Origin: a virus
DNA: 64,000 bases
IMG/VR virus record: IMGVR_UViG_3300036770_001413
Location: 32,001-96,000 of that record
Reading direction: 5' to 3' (one strand)
The position numbers were made by a program, and so were the translations under genes. The notes beneath the pieces were generated by a model. It made no database searches, was not told the DNA's origin, and saw only the letters and a program-made list of their open reading frames with translations. Below, piece by piece: positions 9,792 to 21,917 of this stretch. How positions within the stretch are numbered: position 1 is the first letter of the stretch; every line of letters starts with the position of its first letter.

Positions 9792-11378
9792 TTACTCGAC
9801 CTGTCTGCCTTCGCCTTGAGGATTTCTAGATTCCCCTGAAATATCGGGTGAATTATTTTCCCTCTCTTGAGTTCTATTTCTGGTATTTCCAGCTTGGGCC
9901 CTTATTTCCGCCTGCTGTTGTGGTTTTAATTGGACTACTTCGTCTCCGCCGTCCCTTGGAACCATACCCTTTCTAATTCTAATTTCATTAGGGGTAATTA
10001 CCTGCATCCTTAAATATCTCTCATCGATCTTAGATTGGGTATCCTCATCTGTGAGACTTAATTCATTAAATTTAATTTGCAGGGCGTCAGTCATTTCTTC
10101 AATTAATTTATTTAATTTCTTTTCTAGAATTTCCTGAACTGGCTTGCATACCTGCTCTTTAAATGTCTTGTCTGCATCACGAGCATTTGCCAATGAAATT
10201 CCTTGAGGACTTCCAATTTTAGAAATAGGAACACGGTGAGCCATTAATATTTCGTCTCTATTGGATTGACGATATACATTAAATGAGGACTCTTGGGTTC
10301 CCGCCTCAATTGGTTCCATCTTAAATTCAGTTTTAGAATCTGGGGAATCTGGTGGAAGTGGGATATATAGTGAGCGGTGATTTCTTCCTTTAAGACCGAC
10401 CTGGAAAAATTCCAGAAGCTTTCTCTCGGACTCTGGGGATAATTTAGCACCCTTTACTGTGATGATATATCTTGGGACCGCCTTGTTTTCAAAATAGTCT
10501 AAGTTATACTTTCCAGCAAATTCATTTCCTGCCATAGCATTTGCTGCTGCGACAATATCTGGGATTCCGTAATAGTTATTGCGTGGAGTGTACTTCTTGA
10601 AATGGATAATCTCATTAGGTCTATCGCTGCCGTCCGAAATTGGATTTGGCGTTTCCTGGTCTCCAAAGTTTCTAAAGTATACAGCCTTGCCGTATAGCAA
10701 TTGAATGAAGCCATCTCTTAGGCGGCGTACACGCATTGTCTTTGAAGGGATATGCCCAATATATCCTACCTTGCCAGATGTAGTTCTTGAAATTTCTAGA
10801 TAGCCATTTCCTGTTGCTTCAACATCTGTGTAGAATTTAATCAAGGTCTCTTTGAATGTTTCTTCTTCATTACAAGCTTCTAGCCACTCATGTAGATCTT
10901 GGCGAAGTCTATCAAGCTTACGACGTGCTCTTTCTAATTGTGCATCGTTATCAATCTCATCAATAGCATCTACTGTTTTACGGGTTTCGATAAAGTCAAA
11001 GCCAAGTCCAACTACGTTTGATACTTTAGCATTAATTGCTGCATAGTTGTATGGAGATATTTCATATATCTGAGATAGGTATTCAAGATTATATGGAGGC
11101 TCAATAAGATCAAACATAGCATAGCCTGTAATGGCTTGTGCTAATAGATTCTGTTGTGTCTCTGTTCCTTCAATTCCCACAAATCTCTTTTGAATATTTC
11201 TGCTTAGTTTGCGGCGGAATGAAGAGCCCAATCCAGATATCTTCTGTAGCTCTTCGCCAGAGGCCATAAACACATCATTTGTTTTTGTAATAACTGTTGA
11301 TGGTATATGAAAATCGGAGGCAGTAAATGCCCTTAAACCTGTGTCTATTTCTTCGTTGTTATCTTCTATCATTCCCAT
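9792..11378 (-). CDS. Portal protein
   Basis: ATGNGYLEI, EIIHFKKY, YYGIPD, YFENKAVP, ILMAHRVP and ITPNEIR motifs. Confidence 0.93.
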   Translation of the reverse strand: MGMIEDNNEEIDTGLRAFTASDFHIPSTVITKTNDVFMASGEELQKISGLGSSFRRKLSRNIQKRFVGIEGTETQQNLLAQAITGYAMFDLIEPPYNLEYLSQIYEISPYNYAAINAKVSNVVGLGFDFIETRKTVDAIDEIDNDAQLERARRKLDRLRQDLHEWLEACNEEETFKETLIKFYTDVEATGNGYLEISRTTSGKVGYIGHIPSKTMRVRRLRDGFIQLLYGKAVYFRNFGDQETPNPISDGSDRPNEIIHFKKYTPRNNYYGIPDIVAAANAMAGNEFAGKYNLDYFENKAVPRYIITVKGAKLSPESERKLLEFFQVGLKGRNHRSLYIPLPPDSPDSKTEFKMEPIEAGTQESSFNVYRQSNRDEILMAHRVPISKIGSPQGISLANARDADKTFKEQVCKPVQEILEKKLNKLIEEMTDALQIKFNELSLTDEDTQSKIDERYLRMQVITPNEIRIRKGMVPRDGGDEVVQLKPQQQAEIRAQAGNTRNRTQERENNSPDISGESRNPQGEGRQVE

Positions 11379-11379
11379 T

Positions 11380-11721
11380 TTATTTCTTCCTCTGCGCCTT
11401 TTTTGTATCTTCTTTATAAACGCCAATGTCCAGCGGATCTGGAACTAGGCCCCATTTTAATCTTTGTTGCTGGTATTCAAATTCCTCGTCGTCAATCTTT
11501 CTCCGCCCTGATAAAAACTTTGGCTGCCCCTCATAGATTCCATATGACCTAACTTCTCTGGCTAGCATATCTATCTTGGCCCTATTGTTTTTCATTGCCG
11601 TTACGGATAAGAAGTTTCCTTCATCATCGCCAATCCATCTGCCATCAGGCATCTCCCAAACATAGATTCCAAGGGTAGTTTCCTCTGGAGACATAGTGGC
11701 ATTTGTTCTTTTTAGGTCCAT
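11380..11721 (-). CDS. Hypothetical protein upstream of portal
   Basis: 113 aa ORF; TGGTAAAAT -10 element 8 nt upstream of ATG. Confidence 0.7.
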   Translation of the reverse strand: MDLKRTNATMSPEETTLGIYVWEMPDGRWIGDDEGNFLSVTAMKNNRAKIDMLAREVRSYGIYEGQPKFLSGRRKIDDEEFEYQQQRLKWGLVPDPLDIGVYKEDTKKAQRKK

Positions 11722-11784
11722 AGATGTTTATTTTACCACCTTTGTGGGCTTAAGTCCAGCTTTTTGTCAGGCAATATGACAAAA

Positions 11785-13656
11785 TTATACGTTTTGGATT
11801 ACGATCCAGTCATTATTATATGATTCAACGCCATCTTCTGTCATGGTTGTTGTCGAAGAATCTGTAATTGAGGAACTTTGTTTACGTCTATATAGGTCAT
11901 AATTGGCTGCCGCCTGTGTAGAATTAAATGCAGTCTCATATAGGGCTATATATTGATATAGGGCTGAGACTGATCCATATACAGAATAATTAAATCTAAT
12001 ATCATTTGATACCGCCGACCCAAATACTATGAGGACGTGGTGTAATTGTCCTGCCCTAAATATATTTGAGACATTTGTCTGTGAGGTTTTATTTACCCCA
12101 TTTACATATATTGCTGAGATATTGGTTTTTGATACCGCCCCCGAATTGTGCCAAGATATATTTGAAGCGGCATAGCCATTTGTGGCAGTTGTAGAAATTA
12201 GCCCACTATCAGTTAAAGTGGCGGGGGTGTAGAAAAATTCTAAAGTCTGAACTCCCTTTGTCGTAGTAATTTCAAATCCAGAATCAACTACTGTCCTTAA
12301 TCCATTTCTACTATTTCTTGAAAGGATATCATATGGGAGTTTGCCCAAAGTAATTCTATAATCCGATATTCCAGCATCTTCTTCAAGTGTTGTCATATAG
12401 CTATTTCCATTATAGGCATATCTGGTTTGATTATTATAGAAAAGCATATCTAGGTTAAACAGCCTAGGAATATATCTTGTTGTATCTGTAGAGGTAAATA
12501 TAATTCTCAAATATATTGTTCCTGCCGACGAAAAACTATTTAATGTATATCCTGGTATCTGTTGTCCATTAATACAATTGTTATAGGTTACTCCATCTAT
12601 GCTTGCCTGAACAGTAATTCCATTGTCGCCATGCCACTCAATTTTAGACGAATCAAATGTGGCGGAAGAAGGGATAGAAATAAAATCATTTATAGTAACA
12701 GTACTAGATGCTGCAGAATCCGTTTGAGTAATTTCAAGACAATCTAAAGTAAGGTTATGTGTCAAGCCAGTTGTAACTAATTCGTCCCATCCTTTGCTAT
12801 AAGGATATTGGAATTTATATAATGAGGACATTTCATCATCATACATTTCAAACAATTCTCCATTTGCTGGATCTACTATTTGAATAGCTGGCAAAGGTTG
12901 TCCTTGTGCAAAATGATATGCAATTTGATTTTGAGATAAGCCGTATCTATATATAGCTACGCTATTTATTAAAAATACATTTGAGCTGTCAGGAGTAGGC
13001 CCAGTAATTAGATTTAAATTAGTATTTGTAAACTCAAAATTATTTAAGCTTTTTGTAGCTGCCAATTGTCCATCTATATAAATTGATGCAGAGTTAACTG
13101 AATAAACGGAGGCTACATGAAAGGATTTATTTGTAGAGGGCAATGTATATTCTACAGAATCTGTATCTAGTTTAAATACTATATTTCCTTTTTGATAAAA
13201 TACTCCTACGTCTTCCGCCGAATCTCCTACTAAAGGAATTTCATCAGTTGAAGAAATTTGAGGGTGGAACCAGAACTCTATTGTAAAATCATTATCCGAT
13301 GATGACGCTGTTCCAAATTGGCTAGTTGTTGCAGTAGCAGTATAGTCATTGTTAATATTATATATAATTGAGTTGGTATTTGTTATATTGGTTGCTCTAC
13401 TGTTTCCCGCCACAAGTGGTATTAAATCTGGGGCGGGATCTCCAATATAATTCCCATCATTTTCACATCCTGAATGATCATAAGCAACATCTCCATATAT
13501 ATTTGCATATGAAGATATGTTATCTAATACATCTTGGTATGTTGCAAATTGTGCCAAAAAAGCAGTAAAGTTATCTACTAGATCGACTGTTGTTAGATCG
13601 TCTAATGGATAATATGCTATAGGATAATCATATAGCACTGCTGCTTTATATGACAT
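11785..13656 (-). CDS. Virion protein with LamG/ConA-like domains
   Basis: PIAYYPLDD, DFTIEFWF, HVASVY...IYIDG and VAIYRYGLS motifs. Confidence 0.75.
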   Translation of the reverse strand: MSYKAAVLYDYPIAYYPLDDLTTVDLVDNFTAFLAQFATYQDVLDNISSYANIYGDVAYDHSGCENDGNYIGDPAPDLIPLVAGNSRATNITNTNSIIYNINNDYTATATTSQFGTASSSDNDFTIEFWFHPQISSTDEIPLVGDSAEDVGVFYQKGNIVFKLDTDSVEYTLPSTNKSFHVASVYSVNSASIYIDGQLAATKSLNNFEFTNTNLNLITGPTPDSSNVFLINSVAIYRYGLSQNQIAYHFAQGQPLPAIQIVDPANGELFEMYDDEMSSLYKFQYPYSKGWDELVTTGLTHNLTLDCLEITQTDSAASSTVTINDFISIPSSATFDSSKIEWHGDNGITVQASIDGVTYNNCINGQQIPGYTLNSFSSAGTIYLRIIFTSTDTTRYIPRLFNLDMLFYNNQTRYAYNGNSYMTTLEEDAGISDYRITLGKLPYDILSRNSRNGLRTVVDSGFEITTTKGVQTLEFFYTPATLTDSGLISTTATNGYAASNISWHNSGAVSKTNISAIYVNGVNKTSQTNVSNIFRAGQLHHVLIVFGSAVSNDIRFNYSVYGSVSALYQYIALYETAFNSTQAAANYDLYRRKQSSSITDSSTTTMTEDGVESYNNDWIVIQNV

Positions 13657-13856
13657 TAATTTATTGCTGTTATTTGAGCTTGTTTCTCAGCAATTTGATC
13701 CTCTAAATCAGAAAGCTTTGCTGCATCTGGTGATGTTTTTGCATTTTCTGCAATTACTTCAACCTCAAGAGCATACATCTGATATTCAAGATTACGTTTT
13801 GCTGCAATCTTAATCTGAGCCTTTTCATCATCTGTAAGTTGTGTATATGTTGCCAT
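13656..13856 (-). CDS. Small coiled-coil protein
   Basis: 66 aa ORF with GGAGG RBS. Confidence 0.7.
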   Translation of the reverse strand: MATYTQLTDDEKAQIKIAAKRNLEYQMYALEVEVIAENAKTSPDAAKLSDLEDQIAEKQAQITAIN

Positions 13857-13864
13857 TATTCCTC

Positions 13865-14071
13865 CTATATATTATTTAGCCTATCAACTTCTTGTTGTAA
13901 GGCATTTTTTTGAGATATCAAATCAGAGATTTGCTGCTCTGTTGACATCTTACCATTTGGTATAGGGCCAGTTGAATTATTTTCAGCAAGCCATTCCAAT
14001 CCTATTTCTATAGCATTTATTTTAGCAGACAATACTTTTATTTTATCTATGGTATCCATTAAATCACCCAT
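13865..14071 (-). CDS. Small coiled-coil protein
   Basis: ORF in operon; similar layout to 13656..13856. Confidence 0.6.
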   Translation of the reverse strand: MGDLMDTIDKIKVLSAKINAIEIGLEWLAENNSTGPIPNGKMSTEQQISDLISQKNALQQEVDRLNNI

Positions 14072-15591
14072 GTTAATGTTCCGCTACTTCCAGCGCTATT
14101 TGATGCAGTTACATTATATTGTGCCCACGAACCATACGAATCAGAATCCCATCCTTGCTGGGGAATATTTAAAGTTGTGGATAAGCTGCTAGAAGAAAGT
14201 GTTCCTGAATTTCTAAGAGACCATGGTCCAGTATTAAAGTCTGATGAATACACTGTCCAACTATAAGTAATTGGAGTTGTTCCAGAAGACGAAGATGTGA
14301 AAGTAGCATTTGTTATATAATTAAAATTATTTCCAGACGAAGGAAGCTGATACGTTCCTCCACCATTTGTTGGGGTAGATGGCGCTACTGCTGCAGATTG
14401 AAAAGTTCCAGATCCACTTGTATATCCTGAATACTTAGTAGTTAAACTAACAGAACCTGATTGTGAAGATCCTTGCGAGCCTCCCACATATGCCACCACT
14501 TGAAAAGATGTGCTTCCTGAAGTATTTCCTTTTGTATATGTATAAGAATTAGAAGTTGTAGTAGTAATAAAACTTCCATCTACATAAATATAATATGTAA
14601 CTGTAGTGTGTGATCCAGATATTGCATTCCAGCTTCCAGTAACACGACCATTAAAATTTGCAGATCTTATAAAAACAGTAAAGGAAGTTCCTGCAGTACC
14701 GCTTACAACATTTGCAGTTCTAGTACTATCATTTCTATTTGTTAAAGTTCCAACAGATGAATATCCATCATAAAAAGATATGTTTGTTCCTGCTCCCCAA
14801 GATACGTTTGCAGTTGTTTGTCCAGTAACTGTTACGCTAACTGAAGACGGTGCTCCTGGGGTAATTGTTGAATCAGATACTGACAAACCTGTTACCGTTG
14901 GCAATGCAATAAATGAACTGCTATATGCAGAAGCTGAAGATCCTGTCGATGTATTTGTAGCAGTAACTAGACACCATACAGATGCTCCAACTACAGATGC
15001 TGGGATTGTTAGTGATGAGGATGTAGCTCCAGATATTGCTGTTCCGTTACTTGCGTTATACCATTGATATGAATAAGAGTTTGGATTACCATTCCATGTT
15101 CCTGTTGTAACTGTTGCTGTTCCGCCTAAAAATGTGCTACCTCCAGTAGTTGGCGCTGTAACATTTGTTACAGCAGCACTAGTTACAGTAATTGAATTAC
15201 TAGATATTACTGGGGTAGATCCTCTATTATTTGTTGCGGTTACTCTACAAGATATTGCATTTCCAACATCTGCAACAACTGTGCTATATGTAGAACTAGT
15301 TGCACCAGATATGTCGCTTGATCCACGTCTCCACTGATAGGAGTATGACGCTGGTGAGTATGCTAGATTAGAGTTCCAAGATCCTGTTGTACAAGAAAGA
15401 GTATTTCCTTGTGTAGCTGTTCCAGATACTGTTGGTGCCGCCGTATTTATTGGATATTCTGGATACCATTGTTTCCATGCAGATCCATTCCACATCCAAC
15501 CTCTTACTGCATTTTTCCAGGCGGAACCATTGTATAATTTTAATCCGTTTATATTTTTCCAGTTAGAGCCATCATATAATTTGCTTACCAT
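14059..15591 (-). CDS. Ser/Thr-rich Ig/FN3-repeat fibre protein
   Basis: YDGSNWK repeats at the N-terminus; Ig-like repeats (PTVSGTATQGNTLSCTTGSW...YSYQW). Confidence 0.75.
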   Translation of the reverse strand: MVSKLYDGSNWKNINGLKLYNGSAWKNAVRGWMWNGSAWKQWYPEYPINTAAPTVSGTATQGNTLSCTTGSWNSNLAYSPASYSYQWRRGSSDISGATSSTYSTVVADVGNAISCRVTATNNRGSTPVISSNSITVTSAAVTNVTAPTTGGSTFLGGTATVTTGTWNGNPNSYSYQWYNASNGTAISGATSSSLTIPASVVGASVWCLVTATNTSTGSSASAYSSSFIALPTVTGLSVSDSTITPGAPSSVSVTVTGQTTANVSWGAGTNISFYDGYSSVGTLTNRNDSTRTANVVSGTAGTSFTVFIRSANFNGRVTGSWNAISGSHTTVTYYIYVDGSFITTTTSNSYTYTKGNTSGSTSFQVVAYVGGSQGSSQSGSVSLTTKYSGYTSGSGTFQSAAVAPSTPTNGGGTYQLPSSGNNFNYITNATFTSSSSGTTPITYSWTVYSSDFNTGPWSLRNSGTLSSSSLSTTLNIPQQGWDSDSYGSWAQYNVTASNSAGSSGTLTWVI

Positions 15592-15593
15592 GA

Positions 15594-16787
<1,194 letters not shown>

Positions 16788-16795
16788 TTATACCA

Positions 16796-17851
16796 CTAAG
16801 ACCTTTCGTACCAGCCTTTATCCCATAGGGTTAAAAGGCGGCGGAAGTAATTATCATACTGTGGAGCAATAGCTTCTAATGAATATTTATTCTTTGCCGT
16901 CTCATATATAGTTCTGGGATCTAATTTCTTTACATCCTCTGCCGCCCTACAAAATTCATCAAGAGTTCTGCATCTATATCCAGTAACTCCATTTATATTT
17001 GTTTCTGTAAATGCGCCCCAGTCTGTTGTAATTGTAGGAGTCCCGCAAAAATGTGCCTCTGGCACAATGTTGCCAAATGGTTCTATGTATATAGTTGGAG
17101 CAAATACTGCTATTGCGCCTCCCATTAATTTTGCACGTTCTTCTGGTCCTACCGCCCCAACAAATTCTCCATATCCATCTTGTGGACCAGCACCTGCAAG
17201 AATTAGGCGCTTACCTAAAGCTTGGCAAACCTCTTGTGCGATTCTATATCCTTTGCGTTCAATTAGGCGGCCAATGAAAAGATAATAATCTTCCTTTTGT
17301 TCTTGAAGTGGGAACATGTGTGGTTCTAAATATCCTGGAATTACAGCATCAAAGAATTTACCATCGACGGCGGAAGCAAGATTATGCTGTGCATAAATAC
17401 TATGCATCCAAGCATATGATTCAAATACTCTATACTTAGCAAATGTTCCTGGATATCCTATTCCAAATTCTACAGACATATGATTTGGGAAATAATCTGC
17501 AATTGATTTTTGGGCGTAGCCGCCAATTAAACATATAAAATCTTTTTGCTGTATTCGCTTTGATAATTCTATAATTACTTTGTTATTATATTTAACCCAA
17601 TGAGACAGAGATGAATCAAATGATCCAGCTGTATAATGATTACCGTTTAGACTTTCTAATCTTTCCGTTTCGGAAATACATGGAATATGTTCATCAACGG
17701 GGGCGGAATTAAATTCGCCAGCATATAAAAATACTTCATGTCCCATATCTTTCATCATCATGCAGAAACGTCTTACCTTTTCAGTAAATGCACATGATGT
17801 AAATTCTAAAGTTGTATTTGTATGAGGTAATGATATTACATGAAAACGCAT
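16796..17851 (-). CDS. Glycosyltransferase (GT-B, GT4-like)
   Basis: LFIGRLIERKG and EPFGNIVPEAHFCGTPTITTDWGAFTE motifs. Confidence 0.88.
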   Translation of the reverse strand: MRFHVISLPHTNTTLEFTSCAFTEKVRRFCMMMKDMGHEVFLYAGEFNSAPVDEHIPCISETERLESLNGNHYTAGSFDSSLSHWVKYNNKVIIELSKRIQQKDFICLIGGYAQKSIADYFPNHMSVEFGIGYPGTFAKYRVFESYAWMHSIYAQHNLASAVDGKFFDAVIPGYLEPHMFPLQEQKEDYYLFIGRLIERKGYRIAQEVCQALGKRLILAGAGPQDGYGEFVGAVGPEERAKLMGGAIAVFAPTIYIEPFGNIVPEAHFCGTPTITTDWGAFTETNINGVTGYRCRTLDEFCRAAEDVKKLDPRTIYETAKNKYSLEAIAPQYDNYFRRLLTLWDKGWYERS

Positions 17852-17965
17852 GTATTTATTGTAGCAAATTTAACAATTATTGTAAATATATTGTGTTTTT
17901 ATTTTTGCATCCAGAATAATCAAAGGCGGCCATTTCCAGGTAGACCTATAATTTGTATAATCATT

Positions 17966-18808
17966 TTAACCTATGATTTCGTTATAAATTGCTGTAGCCT
18001 CTTCTATAACTTCAGCTATTAGCGGATTACTTAAATCGATATCCGCATTTGAAGTAACATCATTTGGAAGGTTATAAGACATATTGTCTTCATTCATTCT
18101 ATCAATTACTTCTTGATTTGTAAATTCAGAAGGAAGCACCATTATTTTTTTTGCAATTTTATTTATAATTACAAAAGGATCCGATATTAGTGTTGAAAAA
18201 TCTACCACACATATATTATTTTTATTATCACGAATTAATTTCATCCACGCTAGATTGTCTGTTGCAACTCTAAAAATAGACTGTGTGTCTGATTGATCTA
18301 AATTTGAATACATTATTGTAGACTTGATAGAGTCTACTGGTGTTCTTACGGGAACAACAACAATATCAAACTTATTTACAGCTTCCGTAATACTTTTTTT
18401 ATTATGAAAAAAATTGTATCCAGTATACTGATCGCATTCTTTAAATACAAATCCTAATAGATATGAAAGGTATACATTTCCTGATCTTGGAAATCCGTCT
18501 ACAAGAATTGATGTCTTAGATACATCATTAACCTGAGACTCATTTGCTAAAGAAAGCCATTTTGTTTTTTCTTGTAAAAGTATAAACTCATCTTTTTCTT
18601 CATCATAAAAGCTGCCAAATCCAGCAAACATTTTTCTAAATTGATTATTATATGATGTTTGTATCCATGTTCCTTCTAAACCAATTGAAGCAATATAGTC
18701 TTTGCCAGCCTGCTCTGATTCTATTCCATCAACGATTAGATTACTATTATCTACTACGATAACATCAATTACCATATTATTTTCATTTAACCTTGCAAAA
18801 TGTGCCAT
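17966..18808 (-). CDS. Fibre-associated domain fused to a sulfotransferase-like domain
   Basis: N-terminal MAHFARL...WIQTSYN module; DGFPRSGNVYL and VPVRTPVDSIKS resemble the PAPS-binding motifs. Confidence 0.55.
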   Translation of the reverse strand: MAHFARLNENNMVIDVIVVDNSNLIVDGIESEQAGKDYIASIGLEGTWIQTSYNNQFRKMFAGFGSFYDEEKDEFILLQEKTKWLSLANESQVNDVSKTSILVDGFPRSGNVYLSYLLGFVFKECDQYTGYNFFHNKKSITEAVNKFDIVVVPVRTPVDSIKSTIMYSNLDQSDTQSIFRVATDNLAWMKLIRDNKNNICVVDFSTLISDPFVIINKIAKKIMVLPSEFTNQEVIDRMNEDNMSYNLPNDVTSNADIDLSNPLIAEVIEEATAIYNEIIG

Positions 18809-20217
18809 TATACTACCACCCTTACTACTACGATTCCTGAACCACCATTACCAGCATTTCCGCCGCCTCCGCCTCCAGTGTTTGCAGTTCCTGCTGTGCT
18901 TGATCCACCTGCGCCACCTCCGCCACCAGTTCTATTATTTCCATATGTTGGATTTCCACCACTATATCCTCCGCCGCCTCCTGCATACGCAACATTAGAA
19001 CCAGTTCTTATGCTATTGTTTGTGCTTAAACCACCATTACCTGGGCGTCCTCCACCATTTCCATTTCCACCATCACCAGAATTTCCTTGAGTTGCACTTT
19101 CTCCTACGCCACCCATTCCTCCTCCGCCTCCGCCTGCGCCTTTCCAGTTGGCGTAATTAAACTCTTGACCATTGCCACCATTATAACCAGGATTTCCAGT
19201 TCCACCAGCAAGTGATCCAGTGTCGTAGTAACTCATTCCTCCGCCGCCGCCACAGCCACCATTTGCACCAGGAACCCATGTGCTAGTAACTCCAGCATAT
19301 GTTCCGCCGCCTCCGCCTCCAGGTGCTGTAAGGGTAGAAGGAAATGCTATAACAGAATTGCCTCCATTAACTCCTTTTGCGCTGCTAGATTGTCCAAGAC
19401 CACCAGAACCAACAGTTACTGCATATGAACCTGCTGGAACGCTAACGCTTCCAGTTAATAATCCTCCGCCTCCGCCTCCTCCTTGGCCTCCTCCTCCGCC
19501 GCCGCCTGCAACTATTAAGTAACTAATTGTTGATGTTGATAAAACATTTAATGTTCCAGAACCAGTAAAAGTATTTACTAAATAATTTGTTCCACCAGAT
19601 GAATATTGTGTTATTGTTCCACCATTAATTACAATATTGAATGTAGAACTTGATTGAGCTTCTGTTCCTAATCCAAGGAGTCCGTTAGCATCTTTGCTTA
19701 CCAGCAAAATATTACCATAATTATTATGCGTAGCACCGCCGATATTAACTGAAGTTTTAGGAGAAGTTGTAGTTGCCAAAGATGTGCTAGTGCCATTTCG
19801 GAAATATGCAACTGTATCCGTTGATCCAGATGGATTTGTCCATGCAATAGTTCCGTTTGTTCCACCAGTTAGAGTTAAAGAAACTCCTGTTGGAGCCGAC
19901 ATCATTGTATACGAACCAAGTCTTATATTAATATTTGCTGGGTAAGTCATCCCTGCTGGAATAACGATTTTTGTAGAATTTGTTGGAACTGATATATATC
20001 CTTTGCCACCTCTAATTGTTCCATTAAAAACATAACCACTATCTGTTCCAAAACCTAATGTAAATGAGGATTGCGAAGTGTCAGTTGTGATTTCATATAG
20101 TCCTGCCGCCAAAGGTGTAGATAAGGTATATGTTCCTGCCGCAGTTGCTGGGAATGTTTGTGAAGCTGCATCTCCAAAAAGAAGCGAGTAATTAATTGGC
20201 ATTATCCTAATCTCCAT
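18808..20217 (-). CDS. Glycine-rich fibre/tip protein
   Basis: YLIVAGGGGGG...GGSGIVVVR glycine-rich domain; real start probably MPINYS at 20202. Confidence 0.8.
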   Translation of the reverse strand: MEIRIMPINYSLLFGDAASQTFPATAAGTYTLSTPLAAGLYEITTDTSQSSFTLGFGTDSGYVFNGTIRGGKGYISVPTNSTKIVIPAGMTYPANINIRLGSYTMMSAPTGVSLTLTGGTNGTIAWTNPSGSTDTVAYFRNGTSTSLATTTSPKTSVNIGGATHNNYGNILLVSKDANGLLGLGTEAQSSSTFNIVINGGTITQYSSGGTNYLVNTFTGSGTLNVLSTSTISYLIVAGGGGGGGQGGGGGGGLLTGSVSVPAGSYAVTVGSGGLGQSSSAKGVNGGNSVIAFPSTLTAPGGGGGGTYAGVTSTWVPGANGGCGGGGGMSYYDTGSLAGGTGNPGYNGGNGQEFNYANWKGAGGGGGGMGGVGESATQGNSGDGGNGNGGGRPGNGGLSTNNSIRTGSNVAYAGGGGGYSGGNPTYGNNRTGGGGGAGGSSTAGTANTGGGGGGNAGNGGSGIVVVRVVV

Positions 20218-20615
20218 CCATATGTAGAACCAGTATAAATTAAACTAGTCGCTACACCATTTACGTCTAATATTGCGTCTTGAACGCTACCATTAATTTT
20301 ACCACTATTTGAGTTAATTGTAATATTATACGTCCCCGCCGTTCCTGATGCATCAAATACTTGAATTTCATTTCCAACTGAAGGAGATGCTGGAAGAGTA
20401 AGAGTTCTAGCAGCAGTAGTATCTACAAAATATCTTGTTCCAGCAACTAAAGTAATATTAGAAGATATGGACTCATTTACTACCGCCGCTGGTCCTGTTG
20501 GACCAGTTGGTCCTTGTGGCCCTGTTGCGCCAGTTGGTCCAGTTGGACCTTGTGCGGCGGCTACGCCAACAGACTGCCATGCACTTCCATCCCATACTTT
20601 AATTAGTTTAGCCAT
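20202..20615 (-). CDS. Short collagen-containing fibre adaptor
   Basis: GPTGPTGAT repeat; YFVDTTAARTLTLPASP...YGWRL domain. Confidence 0.75.
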   Translation of the reverse strand: MAKLIKVWDGSAWQSVGVAAAQGPTGPTGATGPQGPTGPTGPAAVVNESISSNITLVAGTRYFVDTTAARTLTLPASPSVGNEIQVFDASGTAGTYNITINSNSGKINGSVQDAILDVNGVATSLIYTGSTYGWRLG

Positions 20616-20751
20616 TAGTTTCCTCCGCCGTCTTTATTTCATCCCAAACCGATTTTGGCATTGAGGTAAATTCGTTATTTCCCTTATCGATAATTATATG
20701 AGTAGATTTAGTTCCATCTGCATTTTCTACTTCAATTTCTTTAATATTCAT
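20608..20751 (-). CDS. Small fibre-associated protein (47 aa)
   Basis: MNIKEIEVENADGTKSTHIIIDKGNNEFTSMPKS...; fills the gap with overlapping start/stop; below the track cut-off. Confidence 0.6.
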   Translation of the reverse strand: MNIKEIEVENADGTKSTHIIIDKGNNEFTSMPKSVWDEIKTAEETNG

Positions 20752-21878
20752 ATTACCAACTCCGCTGATAGTCCTAAATAACTTGTGCCGCTATTATAAC
20801 CCGTTAACCAAGCAGGACGATTTGCTGTTAATCCAGATGCATTTGCTCTAACGACAACAAATAATTCATTTTTATCACTTAAGGTGAAACTAGACGCTGG
20901 GCTATTAGTAGTGTGTAAGTCAGTAATTCTTAGATTAGAAGTATCTATGCTTGTTGGAGCAACTCGCATAGGTACAGGCAACTGTACAACAAAAGAACCA
21001 CCAGTTGTACTCTCCATAATACCAGAAGTACAAACTAAACCATAATTTGTTCCTGAAACTTGTCTCCAATAATATCTTTGGCAGGCAGCAAGTTCTAGAG
21101 CAGGATTTCCTGTTGCGGTAGTAAATGTAGTTGCTGTTGATCCAGCCTCAAGTTGCCATCCCCAAGTATCAAATGTAAATGTTGCACCTGAACCTGTAGG
21201 CATATTTAATCTTATTGCCAAGTTATCGTTGCCGCTTGTTCCTAAAGTTTTTCCAGATAATGATGGTAGGGTAGCTGTATAAGTATAGCGAGTCCAACTT
21301 GTTCCTATAGAAACATTTGTTGCTAAAACAGTTTGTGTATTAGATGATGGGCTTCCACCTAGCCCCATATCTTGAATTAAATCTATGAGTTCAACAGTCA
21401 TACTAGACGATGCTTTTGCCCAAAAACTAAATGTTACTGTTTGCCCAGCAAAGGTTCTAACACCTTCTATAAATTGTCTTAAAAGGTTATTACCAATACC
21501 AGCGGATGGGCCGACGCTTTGTGCATAGCGCAAAAAGAAACGACCCTCGTATCCAGATACTGGAGCACTGCCAGTTGTAAATGTTTGTTGTGAAATTGTT
21601 CTAGTTGCACCTGAACCTTCAACATAACAATTAAATCGATCTGCCAAATAAACACCTACTGAAGAGGCAGGGCTAAAACTTGTTCCTCGTTGCCAAATAT
21701 TGAAATCGCCGTTAATAATCTTATTTTTACCAGCAGCCCAATATTCCGATTCTTTTAAATATGCTGTATGTGGATCTGCGGCGGCAGCATGAGAAGCAAT
21801 AGAACTAGTTACTTCAGCATCAGTAGCCATATCAGTAGATGCTGTTAGTATTTTAGCTAGATCTCTAATTCTGCTCAT
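20748..21878 (-). CDS. Fibre / receptor-binding protein with carbohydrate-binding-like domain
   Basis: KNKIINGDFNIWQRGT...ELAACQRYY; paralog of 22079..23134. Confidence 0.75.
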   Translation of the reverse strand: MSRIRDLAKILTASTDMATDAEVTSSIASHAAAADPHTAYLKESEYWAAGKNKIINGDFNIWQRGTSFSPASSVGVYLADRFNCYVEGSGATRTISQQTFTTGSAPVSGYEGRFFLRYAQSVGPSAGIGNNLLRQFIEGVRTFAGQTVTFSFWAKASSSMTVELIDLIQDMGLGGSPSSNTQTVLATNVSIGTSWTRYTYTATLPSLSGKTLGTSGNDNLAIRLNMPTGSGATFTFDTWGWQLEAGSTATTFTTATGNPALELAACQRYYWRQVSGTNYGLVCTSGIMESTTGGSFVVQLPVPMRVAPTSIDTSNLRITDLHTTNSPASSFTLSDKNELFVVVRANASGLTANRPAWLTGYNSGTSYLGLSAELVI

Positions 21879-21917
21879 TGTTCTCCTCCGTCCATTTTAT
21901 CATATTATAAACTCCTA

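Noticed and set aside
11427-13656. Terminase expected upstream of the portal
   Set aside because: No Walker A or nuclease motifs in these ORFs; the terminase must lie outside the window.
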